64,000 nt of DNA, taken from contig RHPI01002615.1 in the NCBI GenBank assembly GCA_009103225.1, positions 318,328 to 382,327 of the forward strand. Direction: 5' to 3'. A model generated the notes under the pieces. It did not search any database, was not told where the DNA came from, and saw only the letters and a list, made by a program, of their open reading frames with translations. This DNA comes from Chlorokybus atmophyticus. Taxonomy: Eukaryota; Plantae; Mesostigma and Chlorokybus algae. Position 1 is the first letter of the stretch. Every line of letters starts with the position of its first letter. The translations under genes and the position numbers were made by a program. Positions 50,963 to 64,000 of the stretch are shown here, piece by piece.

Positions 50963-53900
50963 CTAGCCTTGGCTCTTGTCCTGTGCAAGGAGCTTGCGCC
51001 ATCTGTTTTTGACAACCCTCATGAGGTTGGGTGCTTCGGGCACGTGGACCATCTTGGCGACGGCGGTGACGGGGAGGCTGAGAGATCCGACAAGGACAGA
51101 TGCAATCCATTGCTGGGAGGTGAGCGGTTGTGTCGAGGCAAAGGTGGACAGGAACTGCACGATGAGGTACTGGCACGACACTGTGAAGCCAATCACGCCG
51201 AGAAACACCTTGTTGTTCAGGATACCGTCGAACACATTGATGCGCTCCAGGTCCCGCGCACTCAGCTCGTTGAACACCTGCACACGAGTCCAACCTCAAA
51301 AGGGAGATGATACACTGTAACGTGATGGCTGTAGATGTGTATATATAATACAGGTACATGGACGGCGCCTATGCTACGCTACCACGCACAGTGAATGAGT
51401 GACAGCAAGTTTACGACAGTTTCAATAGTGTCCTGCCGGACGAGAAGGACAAAAGAGTGTCTTATGAAACATGCATACAAGGATAGTGAAACGGTAAGAC
51501 ACTTGGGTTACGCTTACTATCACAGCTGCGTACCTGGAGGAACACGAACACGTTAAAGATGAGGGTGTCCAACACCTTTGCGTCGTTCCACACATTGGAG
51601 GCCTCGATCTGGCCCATCCCAAACGGGGGCCTTTCCAGGCCGAACAACTCATAGCCGAACAACTGGATGCCAAACAGCACAATGAGCTGGAATATGATCT
51701 GCGTAATCATGTTGCGCCACATCGTGTTGGAAATCAGCTCCTCTCTGCATTACAAACCCAGAAGCCGAGCAGTCAGCCTCCAACACACGAGATAATGCAG
51801 CTCAGGATTATCATTAAAACCATCTTGAGCCTTACGTGCGGCCGTACGGCTTGCGTGACATCAGCCTCTCCGTAGGTGGCTCTGTGCCCAATGCAAGCGC
51901 ACCCATCGTGTCCATGATGAGATTCACCCACAACAGCTGCACGGCCGTGAGCGGCGCCACACCCATGGTGGCCGCCGACACGAAGTTGAGGGTCAATGCA
52001 ACGACATTCACGGTCAGCTGGAACTGCACGAACTTGCGGATATTTTCAAACACCGATCGACCCCATCGGACAACCTGCAAGGCCGAGTATGAACGCACGA
52101 GCATGTGCTGGTACAAGCGTGTAGACATCATTGCCTGCTTTGTCCCATGCCACATAACGAGTGTGCTGGCACGCATACCGTGACAATGGTGGCAAAGTTG
52201 TCGTCCAGAATAACAACATCGGAGCTTTCTTTGGCGATCTCAGTGCCAGCGATGCCCATGGCAAGACCAATGTCAGCCTACATGAAGCAGTTAGCTGCTA
52301 CTTACTAACACAACGCACAAGGACCTTGTCTGCCTTGCTCGACAACAACAACCTCAACACAGTACCTCGTGCAATGCAGGTGCATCGTTTGTGCCATCTC
52401 CAGTCACCGCAACCACTTCGCCCATCTCACGCAGCAGCTTGACGAGGGTGTACTTGTCTGTTGGTGATGACCTCGCAAGAACCTGCAATGAGTGTTGCGG
52501 TTGCCGGCATGTTTGCATTGGTGTATGCTGAACTACCATCACTACTCACCTCCAAGCGCGGCACAATCTCCATCATCTGTTCCTTTGACAGCTTGCGGAA
52601 CTCAGGTCCCTCCATGGCAATGCCATTGTCGGTGAGGATCCCGCACTCGCGTGCGATAGCCTTTGCAGTGACAATGTAATCGCCAGTGACCATACGCACC
52701 TGCCAAGGAATAAGTGAGACTCCAGGTCACCAGCATTGACACACGTACCGTATTGTGAGCATAGAGCAGGTACCCGAGCACAGCATGCTCACAACAGCTA
52801 ACAACTTTGCACCAACAATGCCTCAGCAACCAAGTTTGCAGTACGAACCTTGATGCCAGCGCTTTGGCACTCACGCACAGCAGCAGGTACACCTGGCCTG
52901 CACGGGTCCTGCAAGCACATGCACTCGGGTCAGCATGCGGACCATCATACATACTTGGATGACACTACACACAATTCTCCTCACCTTGATGCCAACAACA
53001 CAGAGCAAAGTTGACTCTTTGTCTGGAAGCGCCTCTTCACTCAAACCGTCGGCTTCATGCTCAGCAGCAACATCACAATACGTCAACGCCAATGTTCGCA
53101 AGCTCTCCTCGGCCATGCCAAGCACCATCCCTTGTAGCTCTTCCATCTATGGGAGTGCAACAATGTTGCCTTGCCTCCAACAGATGCAGTGCTAGGTGTG
53201 CGTGCCGATTGCATTATCACAAAGCTGCAGGTTTGAACAGACACCTTCTCGGGTGTGATGTCGACGACGCTGCCATCTGGAACCATCATCTTGGTGCAGT
53301 TCTTCAACCCGATCTCTGCTGCGCCCTTCCAGTGCATTCGCTTCAACCCATCCTCTGCCTAATGAACACAAAAAGTTATGAGAGAGAAGGAAATAGTGCT
53401 GCTGCTATACAACAGAGGAGCGAGAAATACTGCTTCTATACAACAGACTCAACACGCAAATAAACCCTTGACTACCTGCACCAAAACGCCCATGCGCTTC
53501 TTGGAGGAGTTGAAAGGGACAACCCTCAAGAACTGCGCCTTGGCACGCTCAGCCTTGAAATCCGCCCCCATCTACCATAAGAATGGGCGTAAGTTGTATG
53601 CTGGATGAGGAAGTACCATACCAACCGCCTTTTAACATACGCTGGCATGCACAGCATGTGCAATGCACAAATAAGTGCACATGTACAGACAAATGTAAAT
53701 CTGAAAACTGTGCGTCATGTAGCATCCAAAAGCAGTCGCAGCCATGCAAGGGGACCATTGAAACCCAGCCGACACTGATATTTGAAGAGCACCTGAGTGC
53801 CGTATAAGAGCACAGCATATTCTGTAGGCTTGCCTGCGATCTCCACCCGACCTTCCTGCAAGATAAGCAAGGACACAGTTACTAATTGTTAGGAATAGCA

Positions 53901-56900
53901 ATGAGACCAGTCCCGCTTGCTACCACGACAGGCACATATGTATTGCTAAGAACGTCACGACATCTCTACCGGATTGCTTTCCTCCTGCAGTGCAAGCTGC
54001 TATCAGAGTCCGACAGGTCAAAGAACATGTGCAGTGCATCTCTCAGCAGTGAAAGACAACAGAGGTGCACAGGCGAACAACAAATAGCAAGTCTAATATA
54101 ACCAATGATCCGTTATGCCAAGGACTGTCTGGCTCACTGCCATGCACAAGTAGTACCACAAGCGACATTGTCAGCCTATGTGTTGTATGCAACACAAGAC
54201 ATACCGCAGTGACGAACACGTTGCCGTCAGAGTTTGTGCAGATAGCCTCCTTCGTTATCTATGCAGTCAGGTGGTAGTCAGTACTTGCATGCAAAGTGCA
54301 GAAGCGCGTGACAAGAAGGCAAGACATACGCGCACACATGCATGCATGCGCGCGAGCACACAATGCAGACATGCTGCTGGTGCACCACGTCTGCATTCAA
54401 AGCGGCCAAGCATTGGTAAATCTGGCACAAGCAGATGTCAATTGCATGACCAACATGGCTGCATGCATGCATCATGGTTGCATGTTGCGTGCAGCCTTGC
54501 TACATGTAAACATGACACATTCATCTTTTAACGCCCGAGGTTACTCACATTGAGAACAATGTCTGCGACATGGTGGGCCGGGACATCATCGTGATAGATG
54601 CAGCCAGCTAGCCACGAGCGTGCCACGACCATCTGCAAGCCCAGCAATTCAAGCCATGTTAACTTGACAAGCTACATCAGATTGGGGTCTTGTTTCCTTT
54701 TTACAGGCATTGCTGTAATTTAACGCACCTTATTGGTTGTCAAGGTGCCCGTCTTATCACTGCATATAGTATTCACACCACCCATTGTTTCGCATGCTGC
54801 CAGCTTGCGAACCTGCCAGGGACAATTCATATTCAGTACAATATTGAACCAGTACCAATACCAGGACTGGCCTGTTTCAATCGAGACATTCCACCATACC
54901 AGCGCATTATCCTTGGCCATCTGCCTCATTGAGTAGGCAAGACTGCACAACAACAGGTTGGTTAAGTTACTACAGTAAATAGCTGGCACATCACCAACGC
55001 AGCCAGAGATCCACGAACATACAATGCGAGTGCATGTACAAAGATGACACTGTAAACGCGTAGCGGTGATTACCCTACATTAAAAGTGAGTTAAACTCAC
55101 GCACCTCAATGTGACTGCCAATGGCAGACCTTCTGGAACAGCAACGACCACAATGGTAACCTGTGCAAGTAAGCAACTCTTGGCAAGAGCACAGACAGCA
55201 TTGCCGTTGCCGACTTGGTTACCAAATTCACTCAAGCAATAAGAGCTTCATGAAAAGAAAGCCATGCTTACCGCTATGGCAAAGAACTTGACTACATTGT
55301 GCAGGTCAACACTACTGAAGGAGAGTATAGAAAGGTGCATGTTCTCAATGAAATACCTGCATGTCCAAGTGGTAAGAGAGATTAGCTGCATTGAGGTGCT
55401 GCTAAACAGAGGGAGTCCCATAGTTGTTTGGTTACAAGCATGCTTACTTTCCTAGAAGAATAGCAAATACGAGGACAGCAACAGCCAGGCCTATATTGCC
55501 AATGGCTGTGGCTGTGTTCCCAAGGCGCTGCTGCAGAGGGGTTTCCTCTGCTTGGTCTTCACTAACGGAGGACATGACGCTGCCCCACTCAGTATCCATA
55601 CCCACAGCTGTGACCTGCGCAAGACATCACTCTCAAGGGTTTGTAGAGACATTAGCGTAGGCATGGACGAGACCATAGAGACAATGACTATGACTCACCA
55701 GCATTGTACCATACCCATCTGCAACCTTGGTTCCTGAAAGTAGGAAAGGCCTCACATGCGCATCTTTATTGACCTGGTCATGACAACGCAACTTAGCACC
55801 ATGAATTGAACTGCGCTGCACATCTCTACCATAACAGATGAATGGCTTCACATTGCACGACCCAAGCACAGCCAGCACAACAACATGGCTGACGTGCTTG
55901 TTTATGTTTTCAGATGGCATTGCGTGACAACAGCAGCCACGTGATATTATGAAGAAAACCAACCCCAGGAATGGTTACAATTGCACTCACCGGTTCACTC
56001 TCGCCAGTCATGCTGGACTCGTCACACACAACGGAGAACCCCTCGACAAGCACACCATCTGCGGGAACCTGGCACACAGTTTGTATTAGACTGGGCCATA
56101 AGGCCATAACAACACATTGCACATCCGGGATGAGAGCATACTCGCTCAGTCATGTTCTACCTGATCACCAGTGTTGATGTGAATAATGTCGCCGACCAGG
56201 ATGTCATAGATGGAAAGCTCTACTCGGCGGCCTCCGCGGGTAGCCTAAACTTAGTTGGTCAAAATGCCATTCCCGATGTATGTCTCAAGCTACACAGAAC
56301 CACACAAGCAACACCCACCTTGACTGTGATGTTCTTCTTGCGTTTATTTAGTTCTTGGAATTGAAGAGACTGGTTGTAGTTGTTGCCAGCTGACACTAGT
56401 AGTACAATTACAATAGCGAAAACAATTCCGGCACTGTCGTACCAACCGTCTGACGAGTGCTGCAGTGACATACTTGCAGTTCAGTTGGCAACCCAACAAC
56501 AGGCACAATGCCATGCTGCACAAGCAACACTGCGACACAACTCTTACCTCTGCGACCTCCTCAACAGCAAAGGATACAGCAGCAGCTGCTGCAAGTATTC
56601 TCAAAGTTGTGTCTTCAGATGCTTCAACTAGATAGTCCTGTGAGCTGTAGGGTAAGCACGATGCCAACTGGACTCGCAAGTCATGCGCAATTGATGCGCC
56701 ATACCCAAAAAGATTTGGATTGCCGTTCAGGGTACGTGTTTGAGCCATATTGTTCGCCGCGTTGCCGAAGAAACTCAGTGTCGTGCTCAGGCAAGCCCAC
56801 ATTGGTATCGACCTGCAGACCAGCAGCTAACCCCTGGACCTGCACGCCCACATAAACCATGACATTGGTGCTGAAATCGGATGCATGGCAGCATGCATGA

Positions 56901-57838
56901 GTTATAATAACATTTACAGCAGAAAGCTCATAATGCAGATGCAAGCTCTCCTGCATACACCGCCATGATGCATGTAAGCTTGCTTACCCCTCCATATTCA
57001 GCAAGAGACTCCATGCTTCGTGACTGCAACAGCTTGACCAAGGTTTCACGAGGGATGCCATGGACATGTGCATGCACACTGCCTGCTCACAGTAGAGAAC
57101 AGATCGGCAGGGCCTCCACTAATAGGGATCAGTGTTGTGATGTACGGCAAGTGGGTGAGATGCGTCCCAAAAGAAACCATCTATGCTAGCAAATGGCCTC
57201 TGACTTGGCCTAGCATGCGACTACCTACTAAACAGCGGCGCTCCAAAGGGTGCTACAACTGACATGCATGCGGAAGCCGATGCAAAGCAGTTCAGTATGC
57301 GACAACGATGAAGTATGCATTCAACCAAACTCGTTGTGCACACAAACATGCCCTGTCCGGGAAGCCATAAATGCCTTCAACCAAGAGCTGATTTTTGTGC
57401 AAACAAGGTGGACGAGTGCAAGTGCTTGTCACTTCAGCTGTGCTCGTGAAGCTGGGCTGGCACAGCACCCTGCATGCAGCTACGCTGCGCTCGTCATTTT
57501 GTGCAGTTGCAAACTATTACTGACGACATGATGATGACAGGACGACGCTTCAATTGCACCATCTTACCGTTCAGAGTGTCTTCATGCGCATCGGAGGTAG
57601 GCTCTGACGTTGAGGCTGCTGAAGATGACTGTTCGCGTTCTTCTTGCGTCTCGGTAAACTGTGCCTGAGAGGTCGTTATTGGCGCCTGCGCACCCAACCC
57701 AAGCCTTCGGTACGTGTTTGTGAACAGGAAGTGCCAATTCACTATGGCTTGAGTGACATGCAACATCTGGACAGCCCATGATCGGGTGGGTGACGACAAC
57801 CGGCCTTCACTGCTTACGAAGTCCACGTGATGTTGCAA
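50963..57838 (-). CDS. ACA: P-type 2B Ca2+-transporting ATPase (ACA/PMCA-type), about 25 exons; N-terminus and start uncertain
   Basis: [124 protein letters not shown] and QVFNELSAR. Confidence 0.95.
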
Positions 57839-59404
57839 ATTATGTTCTATGCAATCCCATTACACAGCTTTCAGCAGGGCTCAACAATGCTGGTTAGCGG
57901 TGAGAGGTTGCTGATGAAAACACCTCAACAGGACAGGTTGCATGCGCGAAAAAGCAAGTATAGCTGACAACTCAAAAACGTGCACCTGTAACCGTCTGCT
58001 CTCCACGTTCCATTGTCTCCTTGAGCGAAGCTTGTTTGCGGGCAGTCGACACCTGGCACGCAAACTGCACGCTCAATATACTGAACTGATCAATAAATGC
58101 AGACGGGCAATACATGGGCAATTCTTGATTGACCTGAAAACAAGACAATGCATGTTGTCGAGCACGAAAGATCCGCAAGACAGTGTGGATACAACATGGT
58201 TGTTGGGGCCCAAACAGTCGACAACAAAAATCGGACACTGCTCCGAGCGGAAGGTAACATCAACCATAGCTTGGAGAACGACTGCAATGCTTTCCTGTAG
58301 CTTGTTCTAGCCAAAGCGCAGACATCTGGTGCATGCGGGAGAGCAGCTAATAGCCAATGCACACCCTTACTACCAAAGTTTCAAGCCTGTGAGGCATGTA
58401 ATGGTGCGATGTGCAAATCGCAAGCGCAGCATGACCAATGCCCGTTCCATCACATGCTTACCTTCTACTTGACCGATCAACAAAGCAGCTCGTCGCTGCA
58501 TGCAAGCAGCATCTGCTGCGAGTCAGGCCAGCTCTCGCCACGCTGACGCTTCCACTAACGTTGCTACTAGCTGAGGTGGACGCTGCCCCTACTGTACACA
58601 CCGGCAGTACCGCCGCCATTGCGCCTAGCTGAACGCACCCAACAAGACAAGCTAACCTACCTACACGAAAACCTCCAGTCACCAAACCTCTTCTTCGACC
58701 AGCTTCCGCACCACGACGATGCCACCAACCCCGCCGCCTCCACCGCCGCCGCCGCCTGCTCCACCTTCGCGTCTGCCACTGTCACGCATGCCTTTCTGTG
58801 TGTACCGTGCAGCAGAAGCAAGGACCCTTTGACTCAACTAACCGACCTCAAACTTTGATTCACTCAAGAGGAGCAGTGAACTGACTCTCGGAACTGGTGA
58901 ATCAAGTTTAGTTCACGAGCACGAGCTGTCTGAATCAGGCAATGGATCAATCCGCCATTTGCCGTATCTCCCACCTTCCTGGCTGAGACTCTCCTGGCGC
59001 GCAAACACGGGGACAAATATCCCTGGTGGGTGTGTCGCGTCAAAGTACACTTTGTGTATAACGTTTGCCGTTCTTCTCAGCCGCCAGTTAGTCGTTTTGA
59101 GCCTCAGAACAGGGCGCGCAGCCCGCGGCCTGTAAACCAAAGTTAGCCCGTCGCGATGAAATCCGTTTAGCGACACTGGCATGTTCGGACAAATCTACAT
59201 TCACCCCCTCATTTTTCTTTGCCATAAACTCGGGATCCGGAATTGTGTCGAGTGTGTTTTCGCGGCAGATCTCCTCAGACTGACACAGTGTCAGCTCTGC
59301 TGCTGAGTTCCGTACCGTTTCTTTAGGTCCCGGTTCCGCTCCATCATGTCCTGGTTCAGGGTCAATAGGCCGGGTCGGGGACCCGCACTGGGTATTCATG
59401 AACC

Positions 59405-59413
59405 AAACCCTAA
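59405..59413 (+). promoter_or_regulatory. Telo-box (AAACCCTAA) 40 bp upstream of the THO1 ATG
   Basis: Exact plant telo-box in the divergent ACA/THO1 region. Confidence 0.6.
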
Positions 59414-59452
59414 TTTGTCAAAGCGTGCATTGTCGCCGCTGCCACCGTAGCG

Positions 59453-62400
59453 ATGGCGGCGGCGATGGAGGTGGCGACCATGCCCGAGGTCGTGTGCGTG
59501 TATGATCAGGAGCGCAACCGCATTGTGGTACATATGTGCTTATTTTCATCGGCGTTTGGCTGTACGTGGCACAATGCTGAACTGTTACATTGCATACGTA
59601 GCTTGGAGTTTGGCTATTTTCTCAGCATACCCTGTCATAGCTGAGTTGCTCGTACAAAATCGCTCATTGATGTAGTCTTCTCTAGTCAAGTACACCTTGT
59701 AGGTAGTGCATAGAGCATAGCATCTAACCATGCATGCTAATGACTGACTGTATTTCATGAGTACACTGGCGCTCTGTGCAGCAATCTACATGTAACCTCT
59801 TGTCTGAGCACAGCTTTATTAATTGTGAGCGGTTTCGGTGGCTCAGAGCGTATATAAATGCAGGTTCTGCATGCTTAATATGATTGTTGCACAACTCTTG
59901 GTGTCCAAGCATGGTCACAATTTCCTTGTGCACTCGCATTGCTGATCCAGTAAAATTTGCATTATGGCAGGATGCTTTGCGTCGTGCTGTTGCCAGCGGA
60001 GCAACATCAGCCGATGCGGCTGTGCAGGCACTGAGAGAGGGAATTACTTCACTGCAAGACTCACAGGTATACTGTCGAGTTACGCCTGTACCATGCAACT
60101 TGAGAATCCTCAAGGTCAGTTGCCCAATTTTCTCTGTTTTGCGTACAGGGTGCACAGCCACTGCGTGAGCTGAATGGTGAAGAGAAGATTGTTGTTGAGG
60201 GTGCTTTTCGATATCTGCTTGATGAGTACACGGTGCGTTCGGCCATGCCGTATATGAAGCATGCATGCAGTTGGTTTGTGCAGCAGGACAGCTGTCATCA
60301 TTGTGCAACTCAGTGTGCGATTTGCAGCGCAGTGCGTATACCGCGAATGCTCCGGTCATGCAGCACAGAGGCGAACCTCCTGGAGCTGCACCAATCATGC
60401 CGCGTCTTTTGGGTAAGCATGTTGTGCACAACAACCTATGCACACAACCAACATTGACGTAACCTGTGCTGCTTGACAGATCTTGCTCTCTCACTGTGTG
60501 AGTCCAACAAAACGGAAGCCGGGCTAATCCTCCTCCTGTTTGAGGACCTGCTTGAAGGCTGCAGCATAGCGGACTGCGGGGAGGCCTTCACGTACATGGA
60601 GTCCAAGCTTGCAATCATTGGCAGGAAGGACATATTCCTTAGAGGCAAGCTGATCGTGCTGCGCACGTGCACGGAATTGCTGCGCCGGCTGTCCAAGTGC
60701 TATGACCTGGTGCTCAGCGGCCGAGTGCACATGTTCCTGGCCAACCTGTTCCCGTTGAACGACAAGTCGGGTGCCAACCCGACAGGCGCATTTAATCTGA
60801 GCAACATTACAACCTTTGAGGACGAGCAAGCGGCAGCAGGCTCGCTCCCGGAAAGCAACGGTGGCAAGCCTCTTCTGGATTACAACTTCTACAAGAGCTT
60901 CTGGTCCCTGCAAAAATCCTTTCAGATCCCGTCCACGGTGATCCAGCCCGGCGGCTGGAGCCAGCTGGTGTCCACTCTTAATGTGGTCTTAAACATATTT
61001 GAGTCCCAACCGTTGTCGGCTTTTGACACCTCCAGCCACAAAGACAGTAGTAACCATGACCTTAACTTCTACGACACCAAGTACTTGACGTCCAGCAAGC
61101 TCATGCCTTTGCAGCTCCGGGATCCCAACTTTCGCCGCCATATGCTCGTACAGTGCTGTATCCTCTTTCAGTATCTCAAGGTACACATCGTGTCCACGTA
61201 CAGGTTTGGTAAACTCTCGCAATATCTTTTGGTGTCAAGCTAACAACCTTCTGCCGACTCGGTAGGATCCAAAGAACTTGAAAGACCAAAAGGAGCCCGT
61301 GTTGAACGAGAAGCAGATGGCTGAGTTCAACTCAGTGCAAGCCCGAGTGCATACGCTGCTAGAGGCTACCCCACCACATGGCGCTGATTTCCTTAAGGCT
61401 ATTCTGCACATCCTTGACCGAGAAAATGCATGGGTACGCACACATCTGCCACGACTTTGTGCGCAATTGCAACTCTGCAACTACTACTACTTTGGCTGCT
61501 GTCTATGAGAATGCAGAAATTGAATTGCTGTTCCTTCCCTTGATGTTGTAACATGCTCCCCAGATGGCATTGCATTCGCGCGCGTGTTCATCTCAGCAGA
61601 GCACTTGCTATTGATCAGGTGGCTTGGAAGAGAGCCGGCTGTCCGGAGATGGAAAGGCCGCCCGAGCGCGCGGTGAGGTCGGCAGCGCAGGCGGCCTCAA
61701 TGAGGAAGCGCAAGCTCCCCCCCGGTGGTGCGGGCGGCGTGCGTATGGGCAACCCAGAGCTGGACCGCTTGTGGAACATCTCCGCAGACAACCTGGCGTT
61801 CCTGAAGACCCGTGCACACACGCGGCTGCCGGACGTGGTGGAGTTCCTGCAGCCTATGGCGGAGCAGCTGGACCCCGACGCTGGCATCGATGAGGAGTAC
61901 AAACTCAAGAACGACCGCGTGTACTGCTGGAAGGCCCTTCGCCTCATCGCACGTGCGCAGCTACCGTCCTTCCCCGCCGCTGCCGTGGAAGAGGACCTTG
62001 AGAAGGTTGTTCCGTCCATCATAGCCACCGCGCAGAGAGCCAATGATGCAACAAGCCCGACCGCTCAACAACAACAGCAGCAGCAGACAATCACCAACCA
62101 GGACACCCAAGACCATGCAACACCAATCAGTACTACTACTACTCCCCCTCCTTCAGTAACAGGTTCTGGTGCTGCCCCAACGCCGCCACGCGCTGCTGTT
62201 TCAACCGAGCAGGCTGCCATCACTTCGCCCCAGACCGATGCCAAGCCCGCCATCGCACCAATAACAGAGCCAGCCAGTGCATTGCAAGCACCGGCTGCAG
62301 TGGAGCAACAGCAACAACATCAGCGCATCAGCGCCAATGACAAGAAGTCGGCTGCAGTGACAACAGCAACAACTCCTGAACCACCAGCAGCGGGTCAACA

Positions 62401-62812
62401 GGTGAAAGCAGTGACAACAGCAGGAGCTCAGCCTCGGCCGGCTGCTGCTGCTGCCGCTGCTCCACAATCTCCAACAGGGAGGGTGATCAGGAGGCCTCTC
62501 GCCTCAGCCTCGGACAAGCAACCCAAAGCAGCAGAGTCTCCGTCATCAATCCCCGCGAAGCGCCCCTTGCCCGAGGCAGACACACCCATCACAGCAGCGG
62601 CAGCGAAGGTCCCTTCCTCAAACCTTAAAGCTGCCACAGCACAGAGTCCAGCTGCAGCGTCCTCCCCACAGCCGGCCTCAACACAAGTAGTTAGTCCCAC
62701 AGCAGCAGCTAAGCAGCACGCGCAGCTGAAGACGGCAGCAGCCACGCCACCTGCCAGCACACCAAAGGAGGGAGGGTCTGAAGTGCAGAAGCGGAGAAGG
62801 ATACAGAGGTAG
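59453..62812 (+). CDS. THO1: THO complex subunit 1 (HPR1/THOC1)
   Basis: LLLFEDLLEGCSI.DC...F.YME, GKLIVLRTC.ELLRRLSK..D..LSGRVHMFLA..FPL.DKSG.N, DYNFYKSFWSLQ, KYLTSSKLMPLQLRDPNFRRH.LVQC, MGNPELDRLW and YKLKNDRVYCWKALRLIAR. Confidence 0.95.
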
Positions 62813-63159
62813 GTAGGAAGGCTTAGTGTTCTCAATCAGCAGGCGTTATTTTTGTGAGGGGGCACATTGCTGCTGTGTTTGTAAAGAACGTCAAATTAAG
62901 AGGGATCTAGTGGCTTCAGGCATGCGAAGATGGCAGCTGTTGTTGTGTGCAGTCTGCATGTCGTGCTCCACCAGCAAGGCTTTTTGTCATTTGAGATGTG
63001 CATCGACTTGGTTGTGCATGCCATGATACGAGCCTGTGTGTTCTTGCCTTTGATTGGCACATGTTGCTCAAGGGGAGTTACCCCAATGAATGTACAATAT
63101 ACGCCATCACTGTGTTGCTACAGGCCTGCTCGAATTGCAATGGCATGAGCAACGGCACA

Positions 63160-64000
63160 CTAGTTGCTCATCATCTGCTTGAACTCCTGAAAATCTATTT
63201 GCCCTGATCCGTCCACATCCGTTTCACGAATAAGCTGATCGATGTCAATGGTCAAGCCAAACTCCTGTCACCCGAGGCATTGCCATCATTCGTCAGCACA
63301 AAAACTCAACACATTCAATTATTGGATGCACGTGCATGTGACTGTGAGGCTTATACACCATACTGCACTTGCCTTAATGGTTGCACGCAGCTTATCGGCA
63401 GAGATTTCGCCCGACTTGTCTCCCTGCAAACCCACACAAGTTGCTATTGGCTTGCAAGCCCACCAACAAAGTATCAAGGCATCAGACTTTCAGCAAGCTT
63501 TCCTCCTTCGCGCACAGCACCTTGCCCCCGAGTGCGACAAACGCCTCAATAGCGTCGGTTTCATCGTCCATCGCTGCAGCTTGCGCCTTCTGGTTCTCAA
63601 TGACCTGGTAGCATTGATATAGTAAGCACGGGAGCACGCACGCAGGAACACACCCACACACCCACATACACACAATCCTCCACGTGCACGAGCAAATAGG
63701 CACCCATGCGCTCCGACACGCACCCACACGTGCACACATATGCATGTGTACGCACACACATGCACATGCAGAAACGCGTGCACGCACAGGAGCACAGACA
63801 CGCATATGCTCGCCCTCCAGGTCATACACAGAGGAAAGAGTTTAGCTATGCGGGTGCCAAAACAACAGGAAGAAAAAGGGCATGGAGCATAGTACTAGTA
63901 GTTGTTGTGCGCTACATCAAAGGAAGGCAGATACGATTTCTTCTTTCATTTCTACCTTGAGGAACTCTGGAAACTCTATCTCCCCGCTGTTGTCCTCATC
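63160..64000 (-). CDS. DLE2: Outer-arm dynein EF-hand light chain LC4 (18 kDa, calmodulin-like); 5' part lies beyond the window
   Basis: Exons DEDNSGEIEFPEFLK | VIENQKAQ..MDDETDAIEAFVALGGK | GDKSGEISADKLRATIK | EFGLTIDIDQLIRETDVDGSGQIDFQEFKQMMSN*. These match Chlamydomonas-type LC4 as I remember it. Confidence 0.88.

Overview
Eukaryotic nuclear DNA with many introns and high gene density. It is most likely from a green alga with a flagellate stage, probably an early-diverging streptophyte. This is an inference from an outer-arm dynein light chain, a land-plant-type 3betaHSD-reticulon fusion, plant-like RNR1/GET1/MSH5 orthologues and telo-box motifs. Recognisable genes: proteasome beta5, SmB, organellar RNase II, BCD1/ZNHIT6, 3betaHSD/D-reticulon, MSH5, GET1, CHY/RING E3 ligase, adenosine kinase, a Gly-rich TGD5-like membrane protein, a P2B Ca2+-ATPase, THO1/HPR1 and dynein LC4 (cut by the window edge). 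Most of the supplied six-frame ORFs are intronic noise. Most interesting observations: (1) an orphan 416-aa protein with three tandem RPA32C-binding-like helices and a C-terminal CHCC-like module; (2) at least six GC-AG introns among roughly 100 introns; (3) a cluster of pogo/Tigger-like TA-flanked MITEs, one of which carries a diverged copy of the sequence just upstream of ADK; (4) an orphan gene with an AT-hook and a ribbon-helix-helix-like motif; (5) long near-perfect palindromes. All gene models were assembled by eye from splice signals and remembered homologues. No database searches were run.
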